From Paraspadella gotoi (lineage: Eukaryota; Animalia; Chaetognatha): 64,000 nucleotides of DNA. The notes under the pieces were generated by a model. The model had not been told where the DNA came from. It saw nothing but the letters and a program-made list of their open reading frames with translations, and did no database searches. The DNA is taken from the NCBI GenBank assembly GCA_051294375.1, contig CM119269.1:7483446-7547445 (forward strand), read 5' to 3'. Position numbers and translations under genes: made by a program. Below are positions 1-12,503 of this stretch, in pieces. Every line of letters starts with the position of its first letter. The first letter of the stretch is position 1.

Positions 1-526
1 TGCCTGCCCGGACGAAGCAGTGATCTCTCGATAAGCAGTCTTAAGAATGTGGGCAAACCAGCGCGTGGCGAGTCAGGGACGGGAGAAGGGGCGGGGCGAG
101 AGGCAAAGGACACGAGCAAAGAGCAGGATAAGGCAAAGGACAATAGTTGTTTTTTTTTCTTTTCGAAATATGATGAACTCGGTAGCGGAGAGCGGGACGA
201 ACACGCGAGCTTCGTGGACGCACGAAAAGAAGAAGGGAGGAGAGATGCGATCGACTGAGGCTTATCCGGTTATCAATGACTATTCGAATAAGAAAAGAAA
301 AAAAGGAAAAAAGAAAGAAAAGATAAAAAGAAAGAAGTTCGAGACCCGATAGCAGATTTTGGAGGCTGAGGATCGGATGGGATTCTGCAGAAGACGGGAC
401 AATCGGCACGATGCCTTTGCAAAAATGCAATGGAGACAACGATGGGCGGGATCTTAGATGGACATCTTTTTTTTTTAACTCGTACATCATGCGATATCGA
501 ATTAGGGGGGAAGGGAGGCGCAAGGA

Positions 527-576
<50 letters not shown>

Positions 577-675
577 AAAGAGAAAGTGAGAAGGCCATAA
601 TGATCCCACCCTCAAAAAAATCGATGCCTCGTTTTTTCTTCCCCTTCACCCGATTTTTTTTCTCCCTAATGAGTT

Positions 676-734
676 TCGATGTCACGTGACTAAGGCGTCG
701 ATGTCACGTGACTTTTATTCGCGCGTCACGTGAG
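676..734. promoter_or_regulatory. Cluster of three GTCACGTGA(C) E-box/CLEAR-type motifs
   Basis: GTCACGTGAC at 681 and 703 (inside a 16-bp direct repeat TCGATGTCACGTGACT) and GTCACGTGAG at 725. Confidence 0.4.
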
Positions 735-1125
735 ATCATTGGACGGAAAATGAGATTCGCGTGGGAAAAAACCTCGAATCAAGAGGAAAAAAGATTGTGA
801 CAAAAAAAAAATAAAAGTGACGAACCAACGATTTCCCTTTTCCTTTGAAATCGGAAAAAAAAACTTTTTCCTTTTCTTTCTTTTCCTTTTCTTTCTTTTC
901 CTTTTTTTCATTTCTACCCTTTGTGGTTTCCTTCTTTTTTCTTTTCTTTTTTTATTTATTTGTTTTTCATTTCGTTCTTTCTTTCTTTTTTTAAATAAAG
1001 ACCAATAGACTTTTCGGTGACTGAAAAGAACCGAACGACCAAATGTTTATCTTTTGCTCTCATTATTTTTTTTCCCCTTCTTTCAATCCCATTACCGCTC
1101 TTTTTTTTCATCCTATCTCCGATAT

Positions 1126-1215
<90 letters not shown>

Positions 1216-1584
1216 CGTGAATCACAACAAAGAGACCGAATCACTTTTTAGTTCCTCCCCAAATTCACCGCCAACTGTTACCTTTTGAGGTTCGCGCGTT
1301 GGTGACGAAATCGTCGACATGGTCGTCGTTATCGTCGTCGTCGTCATCTTGTTTGTATTTTCACGCAGATTATAATTACGTCTCTCAGTTCAAGTAACCG
1401 TGTCAAAAACGAGTCTTTTGTTTTCCTATATGTCAGTTGTCTGTCTGTCCGTTTGTCTGTTCTCAATCACTTTTTCGGTCTCTCGATTCAACACATATAT
1501 TAAATATCATATCATATATGACTCTTCGGTTTTACTTCTACATAAACTTTTACTTATTTTTCTCCATTGACTCGAATCACCTTC

Positions 1585-4500
1585 TCACATCTCACATCCG
1601 CTCACCTCCTTCTCTTCCCCACCGGCCGGGGAGTTGCAGTCCGAGGAGCAGTTGGAGCAGTCCGAGGAGCAAGAGTAGCCGCCGGGATTGAACTTGGAGC
1701 CGCCGGAAGAGCGGCCGAGAGAATGAACGTCGGTGAAGCAGACGAGAGGATTCGTGGCGTCAACGAGCCCCGGACTCAACGCCAGATGGCGATCGAAATC
1801 GGTAAACGGCGCCGCTCCAGACCCGGCGCTCCCCACCACGACGCCGGCGACGCCGTCTTCGTCCTCGGAAACGTCTGATCGCCGGCGTCGATGGCGCCGG
1901 GCGTGGCGCCGGAAGTGACAAGCGCCGAGGACGAGAATAGAGACGAGGATGGCGACGCCGAGAAGAATGAGGAGAAGGATCCACCAATCGTGAGTCAGAC
2001 TGAATCCGTGAGGATTTCGATGACGGAGATTGTCGAGTAGCTCGTCGATGTCGTTGTTGTCGTTGTTGTTGTTGTGATCGATGATTGGATCGTCGTCTTC
2101 GTCGTCCTCCCTCGCGATGAACGTCTCCACCCCGAATCTCTCCAAATCCGCGACGAGGCGGCTCCGCTTCTCTGCCGCGGCGTCGGGCTCCGTCACTTCC
2201 ACGACCACCGTCGCCGCCGCGCAGTTGGGCACCGGAAGCGAAGCGGCGCTCCCGGCGTCGATTCCGGCGGCGGCGGCGATCGTGGCGGCGCGATGCGCCA
2301 ACGTGGCCTGACGCTGACAGCTTTCGTCGACGCCGACTCCGACGTTGCCGACGCATTCGTCGCATACGACGTAATCGAAAGAGTCTTTGCCGACGTAGCC
2401 CGGCGGAGGACGGTAGAGGACGCTACCGTGACCGGGGATGACGATGATTTCGGCGCCCGCTGTCGTCGTCGTCGTCGTAGCGGCGTCACCGGCGTCATTG
2501 CCGGCGCCTCTGACAACGAGGCTGAGTTTCTGATCGTCCGCTTCGTCGTCGTTGTCGAGATCAGGATCTCCGTATTGATAGTGGACGGGCACGATGTCCG
2601 GCGCATCTCGCCCGACTATCCACGAGAGATTCCGGGCGAAAGGAGGATCGTTGACGGGCAGGATCTCCACCTCCACCCGCCCGTCCACGCATGCGCCGTG
2701 AGAGTCGCAAGCCGTGTATTCCAGGACGTCAGAGCCCCAAGCGTCCGGTCGCCCGCGGACGGAGAGACGTCCCGAGGCGGCGTTAAACGTTGCTCGGAGT
2801 TTTTGGGTCGTCTTCGACTTGAGACGAACGGCGCCGGACGCGACGGAGCCGTCCTCGACGTCGTCGAGCCACTGGAGGAGATCCACCGAGCCGGCCGCGT
2901 CTTCAACGATAACGAGACGTCCCGGCGCCGCGGTCGGGGCGTCGTTGACCGGCTGAACGACGACGGAGACGTCGACGGCCGTGCAGGCGGCGCCGTCGCA
3001 AACTTTGAGCTCGAAGACATCGGAATCTGCGTCGCTTTGAGTGAAGGAGTCCGTCGGCGGCGCGAAGGCGAAGACGCCGTTTGTGATGTTCCATCTGGCG
3101 CCGCCGACGCGTTTTGCGATGAGGACGGCGTCGGCGTCTCGAATGTCGCTGTCAGGATCGAAGACGTCGAAACAAGTCAGCAGCGGACAGACCACGCTCG
3201 CGTCCTCCAGGATGTGCAGCACCGGATTACGGACCCGAGGGGCGTCGTTTTCCGGCGAGACGTCCACGTGAAAGACTGCGCCGCTGCAGGCGCCCGCCGA
3301 GTCGCAGACGGTCAGGTTGACGGTCTCACGACCGAAGAAATCGGGCGGCGGAAGAAAGGAGAGGCGGATCTCTTCGAGAAGTCGGTCGCCCGCTCGCTCC
3401 TTCAAGCTGGAATCCATCCTCGAGATGCTGCTGTTCTTCGTCGTCGTCCAACTGATCGTCGACGGAATATTCTTCTCGATGTCAAAGACGATGATCTTCA
3501 CTTCTACAGAGTGATCTTCTTTGGTCGATAGAAAAGCGGGATTGCCTTCACCGTTGACATCCACGGCCGGCGGATCGTTGATCGGCGTCACCTCCAACGA
3601 AACCGCCGCCGGTTCGCTGCAGAGATTGTCCGTGTCGCAGGCGGAAAAGTTGAAACTATCCGCGCCGAAAAAATCCGCCTCGGGTTCGTAAACGAGAACG
3701 TTGTGACTGCGCAGGCGCAGTTTGCCTCGTTTGGGTTGCGTCACGAAACGGACGAACGGGTAACCGTCGAGTCCCGAGTCTTCGGCGTCGATCATGACTC
3801 TTTTAAGATCGATGACGACTTCGTGATCTTCTCCGAGTTTGAAGTGAACAGGCTGTTCGACTCGAGGCGCGTCGTTGACGGGCCGCAACAGGATCTTGAC
3901 TTCAAAGGGGGCGGAGCAGGCGTCGTCCGCGTCGCAGGCTTTCGCTTCTAATCGATCCATTCCGTGAAAATCGGCTTCGGGGACGAAAGTGATGTTGCGG
4001 TCCTCTTCGATCGTGACTCCGTGACGCGGGAGACGAACGACGGTAAAGGTGAGATCGTCAGTCACGTGATCAGGATCCTCGATGAATCTCAAGAGGTCGA
4101 GACGGAGCCTCTCGTCCTCGACTCCCTCGATCAAGATCGGCACCTCCGGATTCTTGACTCTCGGCGGGTCGTTGCGCTGCGAGACGTCGACGTCGACGCG
4201 GTATTCCCCGAACGCCCCGTCGACGTCGAAGAGTCTCAACGAGATCGTCCTCGTCGTCCGCTTCTCCGCCGTTTGGCTGCGGGAGCAAAAGCGGAGGCCC
4301 TTCAAGCGGCTCGTCCACTCGGAAGGCGTCAGGTTCTCTTTGACGATGAGGAGGGTGCGAGTGGTGGAGGGGCAGGAGGAGGAGGAGGAGGAGGAGGATC
4401 TCTTGGGTCGAGACGGAACAAAGAAAATGACGTCGCCATCTTGTCCGTTGATGATTTCGATCTCGGCGAGAGACAGGATTCCCGAATCACTGTCGCTGAT

Positions 4501-5550
4501 GAAGAAGTCGGCGGGAACGATAGAGACAGAGTCATCACCTTCGGTGTAGTCGATGAGTCCCAGCGGGGCGTCCGTCTCCATCATCGGAGGATCGTTCATG
4601 GTGCGAATCTCCACGTCGACCGACCCATCGGCGGAGAAAGTTCCGTCGCCGACGGAGATTTGGAAAGTCTTGGTGGCGTTGTCAACTTCCTCGGCGTCGT
4701 TGACGTAGACGATACCGGCGATGACCTCTTGATATTCCCGCAAGGGGGCGCGGCCTTCTATCCTGATGGCGCAACCGGAAGTGGCGTGTGTTACGCTAAG
4801 GCCGGGAATGTCTTGACGCGTGGCGCGAATTCGTTCGACGCCGTCTCCGCCGCATGGATGGAGTTGGATGAGGAAGCGATGGAGCGGGGCGTCGCCTTTG
4901 TCCAGATCGAGGATCTTGATTCGATCACCGACGAAACTCCCGTTGGAATTCTCCACGAAGATGATGGATTCGGAATTGTGGATGAGCGGAGGGTTGTCGT
5001 TGATCTGGACGACGTCGATGAAGACCGTCTCCACGTTGGAGTCGAATCCCTCCCCGTCCGTCACGCGCACCTCGACGATCCTCTTCCCCGGCTCCGGTTC
5101 TTCCGCCACGTTGATGTACTTGACGCAGCGCATGAGGTCTTCGTAGATGCGGACGGAGAAAGACCCGCTGATGTTGAAGAGGCAGGAGTCCGCGTTCCAA
5201 GAGATCGAGGGTTTTAAGCTGGAGAGGTAGCTGCAGTTGGCCGACGATCTGATGGGGGGAGGGAGCACAAAACATTTTTGTAAAAATTATTTCTAGAAAA
5301 CATAATTCAAAAAATCATCATTATTAATAGGTTGTATACCATCGGGAAAAAAAATATAATCATTGAATCTATATTTTTATTAATTAACAATTAAAAAAAA
5401 TTTTACGTCAATTTGTTCGTTGTTTGTCATGCCTTTTGTCATCAATTTACCGGTCGAGCTTGAAGGTCTCAAAATTGCAGTCTGCGAGGGGAGAATCGAT
5501 GCGCAGAGTCGCGGATCTCATGTTGAAGAGTAGTGGGTTGTCCTGAGAGA

Positions 5551-5620
<70 letters not shown>

Positions 5621-6230
5621 AATATAAAAATTGTTGTTAATCTCTATTTTCATCTCTGTTTAGTAATAAAAAAAAATATCATCCGCCCAAATTTCTAAAA
5701 GACAATTGAAAGTCAGAATTAAATACACTTTTAGTTAATATCTATTTTGATTGCAATGGTAAAAACGCTGTTGTTCTGCTAATTTTATAATCGTCGTCTA
5801 TCCCATTCCCTACTTGTCACATCTTTTATCCCACATCTTTTATCCCACGCTCCCCCTTTCTCACCTGATCGAATATCGTTGGCCGCGCCAAGACCGAGAT
5901 CGGCGCCCCGCCCTCCAAAAACTCAGCCCCTCGACTGATGACGTGCAGCGTGGGCGAGTGATCGCCCACGAGTCTCAGTTCGACGAGGATGTTGAGGGGC
6001 GCGCCGAGATCGGCTCCGTCGAAGGCGGAGACGGTGACGAGGCGGGGCGAGGGCTTCGGCTCATCGGCCTCGTTGACGTAACTGAGCGTGGCGAGGACTT
6101 GTTCGTAGATTTGAGTTGGGAGGCGAGTCGAATCAGAATCGTTTTTGCGGAGGGTGAGTCTGGGGAATGGAAAGGGAGGGTAAGGTTTTTTATTTCATTC
6201 TTTTTCCATTTTTGTTATCTAGCTCTAACA

Positions 6231-6328
<98 letters not shown>

Positions 6329-9300
6329 TCAAATATTCCCTGAGTCATACGCTGAGGAAGGCTTGCAAAAATTAAAAATCGTTGTTTGTTTACAATAACA
6401 GTTCCTTAACCGTTCTAATTTCAAATTAAATATTTTTGTATTTTTTCAATTCTTATGGCTTTTTACTCTTCCTTTTCTTTTAAACTTTAAAATTTTAAAT
6501 CAAATGTTTTCATTTTATTTTTTATAAACCTTTTTATTACCGAGTTCAAAAATCCTAATCACCTCGCATCATTTATAACACAATCTGATAACAACTCTCT
6601 CATAATAACTCTCCGACCCCCACTCCCTATTTCCCCCACCCGCCCTTCATCTCACCTATAGACCCTCTTCCCCGACGCCTCCACCGCCTCCACCAAAGCA
6701 AACTCCACCACGATCTCTTCCAAATTCTCTCCTCGACTCATCAGCGTCAGAAACTCTTCGTCTTTGTCCAACGCGTTCTCCAAGGAGACGTCCACGTATT
6801 CCACGTCGTCGTCGTCGATGTCCGTCAACGAGATGGCGCGTCCGCGCATGAGCGGCGTCCGTCCGCTGTTCTCCACGTAGGAGGTGCGGCATTGAGCGGC
6901 GGCTGCTTCTGCAGCGTCGGCTACGACTTCGGCTGCGTCGGCGCCGAGAGGCCGACAAGCGACGACGGGTGCGTCGTTGACCGGAAGGACGCGGACCGTC
7001 ACGTTGAGGATCTCTGCGCCAAACGGGCTACGCCCCTCTTCCTCCGCGCCCTCTACAGCTTCGGTGTCTTGGCCGTGGAGACCGACTCGCGCGCTCGTCC
7101 CGTTGGATCCGTCCCAGGCCCGCACTCGCAGCGCCGGCGCAGCGCAGCCCGGAGTCGTCTCGCACCGCACCGTATTAAAATCGGCGCCGGGAACGAAACG
7201 AATCCGGCAGGACGAGTCGAGCAGCGTAGCGCGCCGCGGCGTCGGCAGCGGCGGGGCCAGCGTGCCGAAGATCTCGTCGCCGATAAATCCTCGCCAAGAC
7301 GGCGCCGGCTCTGCAGCGTCGTCGACGGCGTCGCAGTCGGCGCCGCAGCAATGCTGCCAGACGCCGTGGGAGTTGTCGACGCCGATAACCGCAACGCCGG
7401 GGGTGGCGTCGGCGTCGGCGTCGTCAAAGATCCCGCTCAAAACGTTCCCGATGGGCGTTCCGGCGTTAGCGGCGTCGGCGGCGTCCTCTTCGACGTCTTT
7501 GATTCGTCCGTCGCTCGAAAGGCGAGGACGATCGTTGGTCATCTTCATCTCGACGACGACTTGGGCGACGGAAGAGTGAAGGTGGCCGTCGAAGGCGCGG
7601 AAGGCGATCACTCTGGGAGAATAGAATAGAATGGAATATGCAATGGAATAGAATAGGATAGAATAGAATAGAATAAAATAGAATATAATAGAATAGAACA
7701 GGTTAGAATAGCGTGGAATAGAATAGAGTATGGAGTATGGAGTATTGAGTATGAATGGAATAGAATAAAATAGAATAAAATAGAATAGAACAGAATAGAA
7801 CAGAACCGTACAGAACAGAACAGAACAGAACAGAACAGAACAGAATAGAATAAACCGGAATAGAATAGAATAGAATAGAATAGAATAGAATAGAATAGAA
7901 TAGAATAGAATAGAATAGAATAGAATAGAATAGAATAGAACAGAACAGAACAGATTATAATTTCCCCCTTTCTTTTTCCTCTACTTTCCTTTCCTCCCAT
8001 TTTCTTTCCTCCCCACCAACTCCACCCCTCCACCCCAAAACTCACCTCTCTCCCGGAACCGGTTCCGGCGCCTCGTTGAAGAACCTCATGGCGCGAATGG
8101 CGCGCAGGAAGGTGGCGCTGTTGTTGACGGCGCCGGTCGGGTCCTTGGGGACGATCATGAACTCTTTGGGACACGTGGCCTTGTGGACGAGTTTGACGGA
8201 GTTGCCAGCGTTGAGGAAGAGAACCTAGGGGTGGTGAAGGAGGAGGAGGAGGAAGAGGAGGAGGGGAAGGAGAAGAAGAAAGAGTTAAGAATTATTGGAA
8301 CCGCGCACTTTTGACTGACAGACGGACTAAAATACGGACAAACAGAGCGCTAACAAAACAGACGCATCCTGAGAACAGATAGCATAACAAACAGATGAAC
8401 AGACAGACCGACAGACACATAGAAAAACCGAACACAGAGAAAAACCGATACACAAAAAAATACCGAGAAATACATTGATACTGACTAACATACTGACAGC
8501 CAACCGATGGAAAAACCAACACATAGAAACACTCAGATAGACAGACAGATAAATAGACAGATAATTAGACAGTCGGACATGCTGACAGATTAAAAGACAG
8601 TCGGACAGCCAAACAGATTGACAGACTGACCTCATCCTGCTCGCACGATTCGTTCCTCCATTTTTCCTCCAAACGATTCAACTTCATCTCGATGGAAACG
8701 AATTGAATCTCCGCCGAATCCACGTCGAACAAAGCGGCGTCATCGGCGACCACGCTCACCGGATTCTGGCGCTCGAGATAAACGACGCGACCGTCGACGG
8801 CGCCGGCCGCGCCCACCCGGATGACGGGGGCGTCGTTGACCGGGTTGACGTGGACGGTGACGTCGTAGGCGACGGAGGAAAAGGCGTTGGCGTCGGTGGC
8901 GTTGAAGGAAGAGACGTCGACGCCGTGGCGCGGATGGGCGGCGTCGCGGGCGGCGTCGGTTCCATCCCAAGCCAGAATCTTCATCGATGGAATTCGGAAT
9001 TCTCCCGGCGTCGATCGAAAGTTAAAATCTTTCGCCGGCGCGAAGCGAATAGAACAAGCTCCAGGGAGGAGCGTTGCCGATTGGAGAGAGGGCGCTGGGG
9101 TGGCGTCGATGGCGCCGCCGCAGACGCTCGAGTCGCTGCCGTCGAAGGAACGCCACTTGGCGGAGTCGTCGCAACGCCATTGCCAAATGCCGAAAGCGGC
9201 GTCGACGACGACGACGGCGACGCCTGGAGGATCGCCATCTGGATCGTGGAATCCAGTCTTCAACATCGTGGAGATTTTGGTGCCAAAGTTGGAAGAGGAG

Positions 9301-11756
9301 GAGACATCCTCGTCGATCACTTGCAACTCCACCTTCCCGACAATGAACGGCGAATCGTTTTCGTTCTCCACGCGAATCTTCGCCACGCCCACTTCCGGCG
9401 AAAACGCGCCGCCGCCTTCTTTGTCCACGTCGACGTAGGATCCGGTGGCGCCGAACGCGTCGACGTCCCAAGCGCGGAACGTGAACGACGCCTCTCCGTG
9501 AAAATTGGACGCCGGAACGAAGCGGACGAGAACATCGTCGTCGGCGTCGTCGACGACGGCGCCGCTTTTGCCTAGAAGCAGCGCCGAGGAGCGAGAGATG
9601 GCGCCGAAGTTGCGCCACGCCAAGCCGTGAGCCTGAAACTGCCAGGCGCCGGCGTCGGAGTCGGCGTCGGTGACGGCGATGCCGACGGCGTCGCCCTCAG
9701 GGTCGACGAAGTGGCGCCGGAGGACGCCGAGTGGGAAACCGGCGTTGTCGGCGTCGTCTTCGGCGATGGAAGGGAGAGAGACGACGGTGTCGAGGATGCG
9801 GGGAGGGTCGTTGGTTTCCTGAGGAGGAGAAATGATAAGTTATCAATCAATCAAACAATCAATCAAACAATCAATCAAACAATCAATAAACAGAGATACA
9901 AATATGCAATCAATATATCAATAAAATATTTATTTAATCTCTCTATCAAACAGGGAAAAAGGTATTCAATCGATCGATCAATTACCCAATCACTTAATCA
10001 ATCAATGAATAAATCAATAAAAAAAATTAATAGATAAATAATTCTATCAATCAACCTAGGTTCCTATAAATCAAACAATCAAAATAAGAAACCATTACTC
10101 AATGAATCAATCAATTCTTGAAACAAACAAAACCAATCAAATCTTCCCCACCTGAACAATCAGCTTGAGCGTGACGGCGCCCTCGCTGAACGCCGATTGA
10201 CTTCCGGTGTAGGTGGCGTTGATGACGCCGCCGTCCGGAATCTTGTCCGTCCCTCCGGTCAAGTCCCAACAGACGACGGTGAGGAAGGTCTCGCCGGAAA
10301 AGTTTTCGTCCGGCAAGAAACGGAGGAAATTGTCCCATTTGGATCTTGGGAGGGGGAGGAGGAGGAGGAAGAGGAGGAGGAGCAGGAGGAGGAAGAAGAA
10401 AAGGAGGAGGAGGAGGTGGAGGGGAACGAAAAGGTTAGTAAAGGTAAGTTTAGGCGCGACAGAATTAGAAACAGGAATGACGACATCAATAAGACCAACC
10501 TCGTTCACATTCGATCATCAAAAACCACAATCACAACTCACAACTCACAAGAACCCCCCTTCACCACAAATCCTTTTTTTAAAACGAAAATCCACATTTC
10601 ACCCCAAACCCCATTTTTCACCACCATCCCCTACAAATTTCCCCACAACCCCCCCCCGACCTCCCCCCTCACCTCAGCGCCACCGCCGGAACCACCAACG
10701 AGGCGTTCCGCGGAATCTCTCCTCCGACGTCTCCCACGTAAGGATAAACGGCGTCGAGCTTGGTCCACGGCGCCGGATACGAGAGAAACTCCCACTGACC
10801 GCGCCGGTTATCGGCGCCGAGAACGGCGACGCCCTTTTCGGCGCCGGCGTCGCGATCCGACATGAGGGACCCGAAGAGCTCCTCCACGTTCATCGGGACG
10901 ACCTGATTGGCGCTGGAGTCTTCGAGGATGGAGCGGACGGAGGGACGCCGTCCCGGGAGGAAGAAGGGGGCGTCGTTGACGGAGACGACGTCGACGTGAA
11001 GGAGAAGAGGGGAACCGGGGGAAGAGCGGGGGTGGTGGGGGAGGCAGAGTGGACGAGCAGCTGCGGGAGAAGGGGAGGGGGTGGGAGGTGAGGGTGATGA
11101 CGACGACTATAACTACGACTATAACTAAAGCCACCCATCCCTCGACATACCTTGACGATCCGCCTCCCTGGCGAGGGCTCCTCGGCCGCGTTACGAAACC
11201 GAAGAGTCTTGACGACCGATTCCAAATCTCTGGCCGAAGATGCGCCGGCGACGCGAAGGGTCCCGTTGCGGAATGTCACGTCGGGGTAGGATAATTCCAC
11301 CTGGAGTGATGTGGGAGTGAAAGTGGGTAAGTGATGAGAGCTTAACATTATCACGTTATCAACATCAGAAAGATCACTAACAACGAAATCATCGTCAACA
11401 TCATCACAATAAACTTTCAACCCCATCAATCAACCACAGCACCATCAACCCCCTCACCTCCCGTCTCCGCCCTTCCACGGTCACGTTGTATTTCCTCTTC
11501 ACGACATCAACTTCCAAAATCTCGTAATTTCCGTTGAGACGATTCACGATCTTCGCCTCCACGAATTCCAGCTGCTGTTGCGGACGCGTCAGGAGCCGCA
11601 GGGAATCGCCGACGATGCGGACGGCGGGGCCGTCCTCCTTGAAGACGGACTTGACGGCGTCCATGGAGAAGGCGGGGAGGACGACGGCGGAACGACGACG
11701 ACGACGACGTTGCAGACGACGACGAAGATCGGCGAAAGAATCCACGGCGTCGTCGT
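1585..11756 (-). CDS. Giant single-pass membrane protein with tandem cadherin-like/bacterial Ig-like (Big_9/'VNDAP') repeats; 5'-partial. Exons: 11458-11756, 11151-11300, 10673-11060, 10152-10344, 8631-9818, 8046-8224, 6656-7612, 5865-6159, 5451-5542, 1585-5248
   Basis: All junctions are GT-AG with pyrimidine tracts. Phases join in frame (e.g. KLIVQ|ETNDPP, CEQDE|VLFLNAG, PVPGER|VIAFRAFDG, TIFDQ|DNPLLF, FKLDR|SSANC) apart from one 1-nt frameshift near 11040. About 16 modules end in V.xVNDAP/NDPP. TM helix WWILLLILLGVAILVSILVLGAC (about 1919-1987), basic stop-transfer HFRRHARRHRRRR, cytoplasmic tail of about 110 aa, stop at 1585. Strong GC3 coding bias. Confidence 0.9.
7618..7953. repeat. (AGAAT/AGAAC)n pentanucleotide microsatellite filling an intron
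   Basis: Directly visible tandem AGAAT units; reads as a pyrimidine-rich tract on the coding strand. Confidence 0.95.
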
Positions 11757-12400
11757 CTAAATAGAGAAAAGGAAATTGTTTATGTTTTGTTAAGTGAATA
11801 GTGTGGAATAATGTCTTAGTAGTTGAAATTTTTTTTTTATTATGCGTTGTGGTAGAAATATATTTATATTCTATGGCTAAATTGCGAATAAGATTTAAGT
11901 ATCGCCTTGAAATGAACAGTTCACAGTATACAAACTTCAGTTTGCCAGTTTGCTTATTGCTTTTGGATTGGAACAACGATGCCATAATTATTAGAAGTGG
12001 CTTTTTATGTGTCTAAGTTTAACTTCCCATCTGTACTCAACAGTTGGCCTTTTTACAACCTCATTGTTGGCCTTTTCACAATCTCACAATTGGCCTTTTC
12101 ACAATATCTTCCTCCGGCCCAAAAATCCGTTTCACGCGTTCATTGGATTCACGGGATTTTCCTCAGTCGTCGCTTCGATGATCACGAATGAATAAAAACT
12201 TTGTTGATAACAGATCAGAGATGAATGCGACTTTGATGAATACAAATGAATCGTTTAGGGACACGAAATGAATCTGGAAGCCTTAAAAAACCTTGAAGTC
12301 TCACCGCGTGAGAGAGTCATGGTTTCACAGAATCACGGCGCGATAAAGTTGGAAACAAAAGGTAAACAAGGACGACGTGTATCTCGGCATCTGTCGGAGA

Positions 12401-12503
<103 letters not shown>

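Noticed and set aside
41-1288. ORFs rich in SLSLSL, RERERE or poly-F, here and throughout 12-44 kb and 58.6-59.1 kb
   Set aside because: Translations of (AG)n, (GAC)n and purine-tract microsatellites.
1585-1600. C-terminal …SGCEM as a CaaX prenylation signal
   Set aside because: The Cys is third from the end, not fourth.
2074-5217. Long plus-strand ORFs of 485 aa (2074-3531) and 417 aa (3964-5217)
   Set aside because: Antisense shadows of the GC3-rich minus-strand exon, in exact codon register and with no motifs.
1585-11756. Bacterial contamination as the source of the adhesin-like sequence
   Set aside because: The coding sequence is split by nine GT-AG introns containing host-type microsatellites and lies on the same scaffold as animal genes.
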